A stretch of 64,000 nt of DNA, taken from Phaeosaccion multiseriatum. Lineage: Eukaryota > Protista > Ochrophyta, other classes. The position numbers were made by a program, and so were the translations under genes. Location of the stretch: assembly GCA_965112735.1 (NCBI GenBank), contig OZ218950.1, positions 4,464,001-4,528,000 on the forward strand. Direction: 5' to 3'. The stretch's first letter is position 1. Every line of letters starts with the position of its first letter. This document shows positions 49,971 through 61,334 of this stretch, one piece after another. The notes under the pieces are model-generated. The model was not told the DNA's origin and did not search any database. It saw nothing but the letters and a program-made list of their open reading frames with translations.

Positions 49971-52357
49971 CGATGATTCTATGTACAGCACTGGGTTTGA
50001 CCTTGTCTTCACCCCGCCCCCACTCCACCCTACCCCACCCCCACCCCCCTTCTCCCCTCCCCTTTGCCCCTGCCCCTGCCCTCCAGCTACGCTCTCACAT
50101 GCGCATGATCACCCAAGACGACCAACGCATCTTGTGGGAGGGGCTCGAGACTCTGACCAAGCACGAGCTCAGTGAGGCATGTCGAGAGCGAGGCATGCGA
50201 GCCACCGGCATGACAAAGATGGGGTACAAGCGTCAACTGGCCAACTGGTTGGATCTGTCCATCAATCAGAGCGTGCCCATCAGTTTGCTGATTATGAGCA
50301 GGGCTTTCACGTTGGAGGTGTCTGATCCCACCGCGGCCCTGGCGGAGAGCATGTCCAGTATGGATGAGGACGTGGTGACGGAGGTACTCATTGATGCTGC
50401 TAGCGGGGAGGAGAGGGACAGCGCGGAGCACAGAGAGCTCAAGCTGGAGTCACTGGAGCGTCAGAATGAGCTGATTGAGGAGGAGCGCGAGAGGCGAGAC
50501 AATGCCATTCGAAGGAAGCTGGCGGCGGAGGAGGAGGAGAAGAGGGCAAAGAAGCAAGAGAAGGAGGAGGAAGAGACCAAGGCGAGAGAGGCTCGCGAGG
50601 CTGCAGAGAAGGAGTTGGCCGATGCGGTGCTGGCCTTGTCGCTCGCCGAGCAGGCTGCGAAGAAAGCAGCAAGAGGGGAGGACACCGGGGAGGAGCAGGC
50701 CGGGGCAGAGCCTGTAGTAGAGGAAGCGGCCAAGAAGAAGAAGAAGAAGAAGGAGGAGGAGGAGGAGAGGGAGACGGAGAAAGAGGAGGAGGTGTGGACG
50801 GATCAGACGGGCATTGCGGCAGTTGGTCTGGAAGAAGAGGGGTCAGTGAGCAAGGAGACTCAGAGAGAAGAGGCACTGCAGCTGCGTGATCGGCTGCTGC
50901 AGGAGCGGGAGACGGAGCTAGAGCGACTGCGGCTGCTCCTCAAGCAGCAGAGGCAGCAGCAGGACACGGAGAGGGCGGAGGCCGACGAGATACTGCGAGA
51001 AAAGGAGGCTTTCTTGGCGGGCATGGCCGACGGCCAGGACATTAAGCGCGAGGTGAGGCTCTCTGCAGAGGCGGTCAAGACATTGGAGACGGCTTTTGCG
51101 TCTCTCACTAGCGACTCGTTTGTGGAGGAGGAGAAGCATCAGTTGGCGACGATGAAGACGGCCCTCCAGGCTCTGAGGCAGTCCTCGGCGGAGGGCAAGA
51201 AGAAGGCAAGGAAGGAGGTGGAAGAAGGCGACGCGGAGAAGGAGGGTGCTGCTGAGGGAGAGATGAAGAAGGGAGACGGTGAGGTGAAGACCGCCAAGAC
51301 GAAGAAGCGGGAGTCAGAGGGAGAGGGCAAGATGGTTACTGCCAAGCTTGACGATATGGAGAGCCTCGCCGAAGCGGCCAAGGAGAAGCTGTTGGAAGAC
51401 TCAGCCAAGGTGGATGAGGCCGAGATGAGTGAGGCGGAGAGGAGAGTGTTCCAGACCGAAGAGGAGAGGCAGGAGGAGAAGCTGAAGGAGGCCAAGGAGG
51501 AGGAGGACAAGGAGGAGGACAAGGAGGCTCGAGAGGGGCTGTCCGAGCGAGAGGCCGAGGTGATTGACGCGATGGAGAAGGAGGAGAAGGAGAGGGAGAA
51601 GGCCGCAATGGCAGCCAAGGAGGCGGCAACGGCAAAGGGCAAGACGGTGGAGAAGGAAATGGCTGTGGACAAGAAGAAGGTGGAGGAGAGAGAGGAAGCG
51701 GAGGAGGGCGAAGAGGAGGAGGAGGACGAGGGGGAGGACGAGGAGCAGCAGCAGCCTGTGGACAAGGGAGTACTCCGCATGCAGACCAAGCTGGCAAGCA
51801 TGCTCGAAAAGCTCGAGAAGGACATTGCTGTAGTGGAAAAGGAGGTGGGGCAGAAGCACCTCCTCTTGGACAGCGACCGTGACGGCATTGTCTCAGCGGA
51901 GGAGCTCGAGTATGTCATCAAGGGCGTGCTGGGGGGTCCTTTGGCGGACGAGGAGGCGCGCAAGATTGTGGCGCAGCTCGACGGGGATAAGGATGGACAA
52001 ATCAGCCTGCAGGAGCTGCTGGACTGGGCCGCGAGGTGAGGGGAAGAAAAAAGCCTGGCTTGGCTTCGCTTGGCTTGGCTTCATTCACGCTGAGGGGGGG
52101 GGGGGGGGGGAGGGAGAATCAGATCACCGGGGAAAGAGAGGGGGTGGGGCGCCGGGCTGTTGTTTTTGGAAAGAAGAATAGGAGGAAGAGTTCACTGTTA
52201 TGCATCTCATTGCCTTCATTCAATTCCCCTTTCCTTCTGTTGGCAGGTATGAGGAGCAACTCCCAGACGAGCTGTTTGACCATCTGGACAAGAACCAGCA
52301 GAGCCTGTTGAGGGTGCGGGAGCAGAAGCTCAAGGCCAAAAAGAAGGAAATGGAGGA

Positions 52358-52397
<40 letters not shown>

Positions 52398-52433
52398 GAG
52401 GAGGAGGAGGAGGGGAGGCAGGAGCCACGGTAA
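47641..52433 (+). CDS. LETM1: LETM1 and EF-hand domain mitochondrial inner-membrane protein
   Basis: Arg/Ser-rich presequence, [37 protein letters not shown]...[29 protein letters not shown]|[28 protein letters not shown]...[36 protein letters not shown]-hands [12 protein letters not shown] and [12 protein letters not shown]. Confidence 0.93.
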
Positions 52434-53345
52434 TTGTGACAGCATGCACGGTGAAGAGACACCTGGTTGATCTATAGCCGACGGAGAGAGGAAGGACAGG
52501 GAGAAGGGACGGGAGATAGAAAATGAGCCTGTGCACATGCACTGTGTGTTTGTGCTTTCGCGCCGAGCCTCCCATTTGCTTGGTTTGTGTATTTGTGGCA
52601 CGGCATCAGGTTCTATACCAGAGCAGAGCATCTTTTGGGTATTGCTGCAGCTCACACCCTTGTTGATTAGTCCAGCCATTTTCCGGCGCATCGCGCCACC
52701 ACCACATCTTTATAGTGAGTACAGAATCAGAGAGAGAGAGAGAGAAGGAATAAGAGACACAAGAGTTTGTTTTTCAGTATATTTTTGCCCCTGACCCTCC
52801 ACGCGCGCGCGCTTGCCCAAAGGCACGCGGGCCGAACAAAAATAGTCTTGGGTGGATGCCAGCCCTACACTACGTCTCGATCCCTTCAATACTCTACGGG
52901 TGGATAGAACCCCTCCAACACGTCCAAGTTCGTGCCTTGTCCCAGCCTTGAGCCGTTGGAGGCTTTCACACCTTCTCTATATTTCACTTTCACTATTATC
53001 AATACATACATCCCCGCCCCCTCCCCCCGTCCCGCCCCCGTTCCCATTCCCCTTCTCTCTTCCGCCATCCCGCTCCCCCCCTGGTGTTTCCTCGCTGCCC
53101 CCCCCCTCCCTGTCGACGGCCCCCGCCGTGGTTGCCCCAACTCTGGCGAGCTGCCATGGTGTTCGTCCGCCGCAAGTCCTCTGCACCTAACTCCGCTGTC
53201 CTCCAGGTGCCCCTGAGTCCGCCGTGGGTCCTGTCATCGTCGGCCGGCGCGCTCCCTTGCTCCCGCTCCGATGCCCGGCTCCCGATGAAGCGGATGCTGT
53301 GGCTGTTCCCGTATGTCCCTAGTTTCCTCGCTCGCTCAAGCAACA

Positions 53346-53855
53346 TCAGAGGCCGTAGGCGCCTGAGATTCGGATCTCGCCGTCGTCCTTCTTGAACATC
53401 ACGTTCACACTCACGCCCTTCAGGGAGAGGTATCCGTAGCGAATGCTCGCCTCAAGACTGCCGTTGCCTAGCATGTCCTCAAACTCGGCCACGGGAATCT
53501 TGCCGCCCTTTGTCTTCTTGCCCGGTTCCGTGCCCATGAAGGCCCTAAAGGTGGCCTCATCGCAAGCCCCAGCAAAGCTCCAACGAGCGGTTCCGTGCTT
53601 GCAGGAAGGTTTCCACTTCATTTGACTCTTGATGCCACGGAAAGCAATGCTTCTGAGCTGCTCAGCCTTTTGCTGCGCTTTTGCAGGCGAGACTCCCAGC
53701 TGCAAAGGTGCCTCGGCAGGGCTCGCCTTCAAACGCTTTTCGAGGCTTTGGATCATCTCGTCCTTCGCTTCCAGTTCCTTGATGAGCTCTGGCTGTGACA
53801 TGTCATCGTAGCTGCGCTTGGTGGAGGAGGTGGGTGCAGCTGTAGGGGGCGCCAT
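53346..53855 (-). CDS. Intronless 169-aa uncharacterised protein (N-terminal coiled coil + globular domain)
   Basis: Clean ATG-TGA ORF with GC3-rich codons and a non-repetitive domain GIKSQMKWKPSCKHGTARWSF...EFEDMLG...SIRYGYL...VNV...ISGAYG. Confidence 0.8.
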   Translation of the reverse strand: MAPPTAAPTSSTKRSYDDMSQPELIKELEAKDEMIQSLEKRLKASPAEAPLQLGVSPAKAQQKAEQLRSIAFRGIKSQMKWKPSCKHGTARWSFAGACDEATFRAFMGTEPGKKTKGGKIPVAEFEDMLGNGSLEASIRYGYLSLKGVSVNVMFKKDDGEIRISGAYGL

Positions 53856-54214
53856 ATGGAACAGAGGATATCGTTTGAGGTGAAGGAAAGAAGGAGGAGT
53901 TTGAATGAGAGAAGATTTGAAAATGGGGGGATTTTTTTTTTATTGCCTTACGACTTCCCTTCCTCCTCCTTCCTCTCCCCTTTCCCTTCTTCCCTCTTTC
54001 CCCGCTCCCTCTGCTCACCATGCAGAGCGTGCTTCCCTGTGTCTCCATGTCTGTAGGCTGCTCGCTTGAATGAAGCCAGAGCAGAGCCTTCCTCGCTGAA
54101 AACCCCTTTTTCTCTCCTTCCCAAGGAGAGGAGGTATTTTCCTCTCTCTTTAACTGTTTCTTCTTCTTCTTCCTTCTTCCATCTTTTTTACTGGCGTCGG
54201 GGATAGTGTCCTCA

Positions 54215-54910
54215 GACGCGGGCCACCATGCAGTGGTGCAGCAGCTTCTGAACTTCTGTCGGCTGATGCGGAGATGATTTGGGCAAGTATGCCCGGGCGA
54301 AGGGCGCACCATAGAGCCGCACTTGTGGGGGCATGCAGAGTAGTCGAGCAGCGGAGGTGGACAAAGCAAGTTCGGAAGGCGCCACGGCTTGTGTGTGTTT
54401 CCCCCCAGTAAGGAGATCCTGGGATAATTCGGCTGCGCTGATCCTGGCGATACTCAACCCTGCAATGCCTTGGTGAAAGCGGCGGTGACCTCAGTAGTCG
54501 GACGATGAGCTGAGAAGGGTCCTGCTAATGGTAGCGTGCCTGGAAGGGCACCGGAACACTTTGCGAAAGCTGCTCAGGGCAGGTGCAGAGGGTACTGCAA
54601 TGACTGGCGATGAGTGGAACGATTGATCGGGCAGATGAGTTTGGTTCAGGCTCATGTCGTGGAGGAGCTCATCTCAGGAGGTGCTGATGTAGAGATGCAG
54701 TTTGATGAGAGGAGCACGCCTCTTATCTTACGCATGCTGTTTTTTTGAGGGCCGTGGGGCAGTGATCCGTGTGCTGCTGTCTGTGGGGGCTTCTGCTGAC
54801 AATTGGGGCGTAGTCTCTATTGGGACGCACCATTGGGGTGCCGTTGTTTGCTGCAGCAAGAGAGGGCCACCGCGGAGCGGCGGAGGAGCTGCTCTTGGGA
54901 GGGCGTACAG
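54215..54910 (+). pseudogene. Degenerate ankyrin-repeat pseudogene
   Basis: Ankyrin fragments in shifting frames: DAGHHAVVQQLL, AHVVEELISGGADVEMQFDERSTPLI, YAC-FEGRGAVIRVLLSVGASAD, PLFAAAREGHRGAAEELLLGG, interrupted by frameshifts and stops. Confidence 0.65.
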
Positions 54911-55653
54911 AGCCTTTGCGGGTTATGCAGCTGGTGTTGACTTCCTTCCTAGGGTCGCCGACAGTCAGCACTTTCCATCACGACGTGTGTTGGACCTGGT
55001 GCTGGGTACGTACTGACCCTCTCCTTGGCAAGGAAGGGAGGCTCAAGGTGCCGTAGAAAGAGCGTCCCCCTGAGGTACTGCAGCAGGATGTGGCGTCTGA
55101 GATTCCATGAAGAAAAAGGTGTGTTTGACGAGCGGGACTTCCGTGATCGAGACAACTGTTGAACACCGAGGGGCGCCATGGCGGGATCCTCCCATCCATA
55201 GCTCCAGCTACGTCTCAACCGCAGGTCCAATTCCCTCCTCCTGTCCGCAAGCGGCAGTGTTGGGGTGCGGGGGTGAGGTGGGAGAAGAATAAAAAAAAAA
55301 AATCCTGAAACGCGTCATCATCATTGACATACTTTTTTTTTCTCTCAAAAGATGGAAGATGTGAAAATCGCAAAAGCGTCAGAAACGGCCCTCTATAGCA
55401 GCGAGGAGAAATAGGGTGGGGGAGGTGGAGAGGGAGCAAAGAAGAGAAGCGCACACTCTTGTGGGGCAAGCGCTCACGCTTTTGCACTCATTGAAAATCA
55501 TTTGACAGACGGGATTCGGGAGCGGGTCCAACGAAGACGTGCCCCCTTTGCAGACTCTGCACTCATCACAGCCCTCTTTCGCTGGGAGTGGTCGAGAAAG
55601 CGGAGCAAGGGGGGGGGGAGGGCGGGCGGAAGACGCGTTCGCGATAGGCAAGC

Positions 55654-58600
55654 ATGAGAATATTTAGGTTTGGGAAGCTCTTGCCGTTTCTCTTGCTTTC
55701 CGGTCCTTCAGTGCAGCTGTGCAAGGCCAGGTGCTCTGGTGCCGGAGGGGACGGGCTCGCTCCCGAGGTTGTTGATGATGGGGACGGAGCTCCGACGCTA
55801 GTGGAGCAGCGATGGGATGGAGTTGGTGCTGACGGCTTGATTGATCATAGTATTCAAGTACGTTGGTCGCCGCCGGGCTCCATCATACCTGACACCCACG
55901 CCTTCATTTTGAGTCAGTGGGGCACGTTAAACGTGAGGAGTACGGGAAATGACAAAGATACTGTGGATCGGACGCTGCTTGACATGGACGACGATGTGTT
56001 TAGCTGGCACGACCGAGGCATGAACAGCTTTGCCATCGACCCTGATTACGGCGTGGCCGGCGACAACTACTTTGTCTACATCATATACACAGGACAACCA
56101 GATACACCTTTCCCGGACGACCAGTGCGGCCGCAATGCAGACGCAGGTGACGCCAGAGAGTTTTGCGGCGCTCCTGGGGTGCTGCAGCGCTTTATCATGG
56201 AGCCCATCTTTGACGGGGATGATGTGGTGGGCTATGAGGACCTGGTACCCGACACCGTTCTCATTAAGGACTGGTTCTCCTCCTCCCCTACCCATCACAT
56301 GGGCTCCATCGAGTTCCTCTCGGGGGACGGGAGCATGCTTCTCTCCTCGGGGGAGGGGGCTCAAGCCGATGGCGCTATCGATACGGGCTTCTCATATGAC
56401 CCTGCGTCTATTGACGATGGGGATGAAGACAGGCCTCAGGGGAGTTTCCGAGCGCAGAGGATGGACTTTCTGCACGGGAAGGTGCTGCGCATTCTGGGCG
56501 GGGCTTTGCGCTCCACGTCGGAGTTGGTGCTTGGGGAAGACTTTTACATCGTTGCAATTGGGCTGAGGAACCCCTTCAGGCTGACACAACACCCGGAGAC
56601 TGGCGTTGTGTACATTGGTAAGAAGATATTAATTGTGGGGCAGGGAATGAGGGGGCGGGTGGATGTGATGTATACGCACAAGTATGTGGCAAAGAGGGAA
56701 CGAAAAATGCTTTGCTGTTTGTTTGTTTGTATTTTCAATCCGTTTGTAGGCGGCGAAGACCCTCGTTTGACAGTTACTCACCCCGCAAGCGTCCATTCTC
56801 TCCCCCTTTCCCTTCCTCTCCTGACCTCTCCTCTCCTCCCCCCTCTTCTCGTCAGGTGATGTTGGGTCGTCAGGCTCTGAAGCTCGGGAGGAGATCAACG
56901 CCATGCCCAATCCGGAAGGTGCCACAGAGGTAAGCAGAGTCCTTCACCTCGGCATCCCCAGTCCAGACGTTGACATGTATATCGAATTTAGGCCTCACCT
57001 GGTCGGGATGGCAGTGGATGAAAAAGAGCGTTTCGATTTCCTGCTCGGGCGTGGGTGGGTGCGGGGGTGCGTGTGGGTGGGTGGTTGATGCGTGCGAGCG
57101 ATGGTTTAGTGGATATCTACATAAAGACAACACCACATGTATACATACACACGCTCATCGCTCTGTCTCCCTCTCTCCCTCTCTCCCTCTTTCCCTCTCT
57201 CTCTCCCTCCCTCCACTCCCTCCCCTCCTCCTTCCCTCCACTCACTCCCTCCCTTCCTCCGACTCCCTCCCCCCTCCACCTCTTCACTGACCAACCAACC
57301 ACAGGTCCTCGCGAACTTTGGGTGGCCCTGCATGGAGGGGGTGCAGCCTCATACAGGCTTTCAGGCCTTTGTGGAAGATGCCCCTGACAGCCCAGAAGTT
57401 GCCACGTGTAAGAGTATCTATGATGGCGACTTGCCCCTCTACACCCCTCCTGTCTACCACTACAGAGACACCAGAGAGGAGCCATTTGATCCCGCGTTTC
57501 CAAACGCCTGCCAACCGAATGGTAATCCTGCTTCTGGAGCAATTTCAGCGCTGGCTGTTCTCCCGGAGACGGGCCCCTTGGCCTCTCAGTTGGGCGGGGT
57601 GCTGATGTTCGCGGACTATGCCAAGCTGTGTGCAGTGTACTTTGAGAGGAAGGCAAACGGAGATCCGGACTTCACCAAGGCTCACGTGTTGCACGAGGGT
57701 GAGCAATTTGTTGACATACGAGTTGCCCCAGACGGACTTGCCTACCTTGCAGTCACCTCTGGCTCCAATCACGGGGTCATGGTCGTCACCTCGGTGAGTG
57801 TGTGTGTACGTGTATGTGTGTGGGTGTGGGTGAGTGAGTGAGTGGCGTGAGTGCGTGAGCGTGGTGAGTGTGTGAGTGGGTAGGGTGAGTGGTTGGGCGA
57901 GTGAGTTTCAGCGCGGCGAGAAAGGGGGAAGAAGGACGAGGAAGCAAGTCGAAGGCAGTCTGAGGAGGAGGGCTGGAAATGGAAGGCGGCAAGTTGCGTT
58001 GTGGCTTCCGTGTCGTCTCTAGAGGGGGGGGGGTGTATTTTTACCTTGCTGATATTGTCTTTGTTGTGGTTGTTGCTGGTATTCTTGTTCGTGTTATTGC
58101 TGCTACTGTTACTCTTACTGCTGCTGCTGCTGCTACTGCTACTGCTACTGCTACGGCCACTGCCACTTCCACCGCTACCGCCACCACCTGCGCAGGCGCA
58201 AGGCGTACTCCCCCCAGTGGCAGGACTGGAGACAAACATTAAGCCTGCCAACATCGAAACGGGCGGGGAGCTGATGTTTGACGCGAGCTCGTCCTTCACT
58301 TCCAGCCTGACAGACGACATCGAGACCTACTCCTTCGATTTTGACGGGGACAGAGAGGAAGACCAGGTCTCAGACTCGGCCACAGGCAGCTTCACGTACG
58401 ACGAGCCTGGCGTGTACCTCGCGTCTGTCACTGTTCGGACGCGGGAGGGAGGACTGCATTGTGTGGAGCTCGGGGTTGTTGTCGGGGTGGATTTCCAAGT
58501 CGAAATGGACCCGCCCTCTGGAGAGTGGTCCGTGGGGGATGAGGTGACGTACGAGCTGTCGGTGATTACCCCAGGGGGCGGGGGAGTGGCCCTTGACATT

Positions 58601-61334
58601 GAGCCTGAGGACATTACCTGGTCCATGCGCACTCGACACTGCGAGTTCGACGCCTGTGCGGGTGCTTCACGCTGCCACAACCACGCCGGAGTGGTCAATG
58701 CCCCTCGCTTTGGGTTGACGGGGTCTTTCAACCCCTTGCCACATGAGCTGCCATCCTCCGTGTCTCTGACTGCCTCCTTCAATATCATGGGCACGGAGGT
58801 GGTCAGAGAATTCGAGACGACGGCGCGGATTAGGGCCTTTGAGATAAGCTCCACACCGGTCATCGGAGTGGCCTTCCGGGCAGGGGAGGCAGGGGAAGTG
58901 TGCCCTCACTCCAACCCTCCTTGCACGATTGAAGTGATGGACGGTAACAACATGGCCTTGTCACTGGACAGTAGACTCCAGGCGGACTCTGAGGGCGTGT
59001 GGGAGCTGGACCGTTGGGAGATGACCCAAGAAGGGGGCGGCGGGGCGGAAGAGTTCACAGGCCTGGTATTGTCTAGCCCTGTGGCTGGCGATGGAGAGGT
59101 GAAGGCGCACTTTGAGCAGCTTGACGTGACAAGGGACAGTGATGACCTTGATCAGGTGGTTCTTGCTGCAGCAGAGGAGGAGGGCTTTGAGCGGATTCGT
59201 GTTCGTTGGGCGGCTGTGGAAGGGGCGACCCATTACATCATCTACCTCCAGACCACCACTGCCTTGGGCCACGCGCACCTGCCGACTTCCTCCTATGCGA
59301 GGGGGACAGTTGTGCCTTTTACCTCCACCACGGACTCTTTGGTGGTGCCCGATGGAGTGTATGACATGGAGGTGACAGTGGCGGCCTTCAACTATGACGA
59401 CCTTACTGTTGGGCCTTTGTCAGAGCCCGAGGTGGTGTCCATGACGAGCAGCGACAACACGTGCGTCAACAACAGCCCCGAGTGCGACTACACGACTGTG
59501 CTTTGCACCACGGAGGTGCGCGAGAGGGACCAAGCGAACGGGCTGGGGGCCTTCTACGACCTCTACTGTCTGGAGGACGAGTCTCACCCCGGCTGCGACA
59601 ACAACTTGGGCAGCGGCTGCCGCTTGTGCTACACTGACCGCTGCGCGTGGAGCGATAGTATAGGGGGCGACGAGCCTGAGGATGCGCCCGACTGCCCTCC
59701 CTGCGTGGCGGAGGCGTATGGGGTGGCTCAGCCAACGGACAGCTGCGAGACGGAGGACGGCCTCGTTCTTCTGTCGCAGACCGGGGGCCCGGACGACGAC
59801 TCGTCCGACGGCCCACAAACTGTAAGCCCGACTTCTGCGCCCACTGAAGCACCGACTCAGGTCCGCCTGCATGATTATTATGATTAGCCTCCCTCCCTCT
59901 CTTCCTCTCTCCCTCTCTGTCTCTCCTCTCTGTCTCCTCTCTCTCTCTCTTCCCCCCACCCCCCCCCCTCTCTCTCTACCTACCTACCTATATGCGTCTC
60001 GCGTGAGTCAGCGCCTGCCCTCACCCACCCACCTACCCCTCTTCTCTGCCCTTCCGCTTACCTCCTCTCGTTCAACAGTCTCCAACGGAAGCTCCAACTC
60101 CAAGCCCGACAGAAGACGCTACGTTTGCACCGACTGAGGTACGTTCGCCCCTGTTCTTGACCTTTGACTGCCAGCCCAGCCTTCATCCCTCCATTGGGTC
60201 ACGCAACTGCACGGCATGCGTGTGGCCTCATCCACACTTATTCTCTGCTCTTCTGTCCGGCAGGGTCCGACGGAAGCTCCAACCCCAAGCCCAGACAGTT
60301 CATTTGAACCGACTGAGGTGCGTGTAGTATCTCTCTGCTTACCTTTGTCCTTCGATTACGTCACGCAAGTGCGTATGCGCTTGGCCTCACTCTCACCCCT
60401 TCGCTACCCTTCTGCTGGCCTCTTCTCTCGTCCAAAAGGCTCCAACAGAAGCTCCAACCCCAAGCCCAGACGGTTCATATGCACCAACTGAGGTGCGTTC
60501 GATACCTCTCTGCGTGTATCTTCGTCCCTCGATGGGTCCTCGAAGGCTTGGGTTTTGGCCTCACCCACGCCTCATCAACACACCCCTTCTCTGCCTTTCT
60601 CTCGTCCAACAGGCTCCGACGGAAGCTCCAACCCCAAGCCCAGATGGTAGTGTGCTCACCTCTACATTGACTGAGGTGCGTTCGCCACCTAGTCCGTGGC
60701 CCTTCTCGTATTTGTCAGTGTTCCATCCCTCGGTCGGCTGTCGTGCATGCATGCAAGTAAAGTAAAGTGTGCGCTTGGCCTCACTCACCCCCCTTCTCTT
60801 CCCTTCTCTTGCTCTTCTGCTTGCCTCCTCGTATCTTCCATCCAACAGGCTCCAACGGAGTCTCCAACCCCAAGCCCGGACAGCACCGTGCTCACCTCTG
60901 CACCAACTCTCGCCCCAACATACACCACCACCATAAGATTTCCCACGGCATCACCCACCACCACGGAAGGATTTGAGGACGGTGAGGGAGGAAACGGCAC
61001 TCCTAGTCCCACCCCAGCGCCAGAAGCAACGGATGAAGAAGAGCAAGGAGGAGGAGACAGAGGAGTAGGAGGAGGGAACGACGACGATCAAGATGAGGAA
61101 CGCTCGGAGGACCCTGTGGACACGCAAGGGGGCGATGGCGGCTCTTCGGGGGGGGCATTCGGCCAGTCCAAGGGCGCGTTCATTGCGACGGTGGCCGTGT
61201 CGAGTGTAGCTGGCGTTGTTCTGCTTGGCGCGCTGCTCAACTATAAAGTCTTGCCCGCTCTAGGAGCAGGTTCCAAGAGTGGTGGGGCAGCAGCAGGAGC
61301 AGCATCAGCCGCACCAGCAACTACAGCAGTGTGA
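55654..61334 (+). CDS. Type I membrane protein: signal peptide, glucose/sorbosone (PQQ-type) dehydrogenase beta-propeller, PKD domain, FN3-like domain, Cys-rich domain, PT-rich stalk, TM helix
   Basis: WHDRGMNSFAIDPDY, HHMGSIEF...LSSGEG, GKVLRI, AIGLRNPFRL...TGVVYIG|DVG...EEIN, NFGWPCMEG, LMFADY. PKD: FDASSS...YSFDFDGD...FTYDEPGVYLASVTV. FN3-like: VRWAAVEGATHYIIY. C-terminal TM AFIATVAVSSVAGVVLLGALL. Confidence 0.85.
60079..60890 (+). repeat. Tandem exon+intron duplication, about 175-235 bp period, 5 units
   Basis: Phase-0 exons 60079-60138, 60264-60317, 60439-60492, 60613-60675 and the start of 60849 each begin xPTE(A/S)PTPSP. The introns share gtgcgt/gtacgt donors, tggcctca and tccaacag-like ends. 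Confidence 0.88.

Noticed and set aside
60079-60890. Repeat-spacer pattern resembling CRISPR
   Set aside because: The repeats are in-frame exons bounded by AG/GT, and the spacers are homologous introns.
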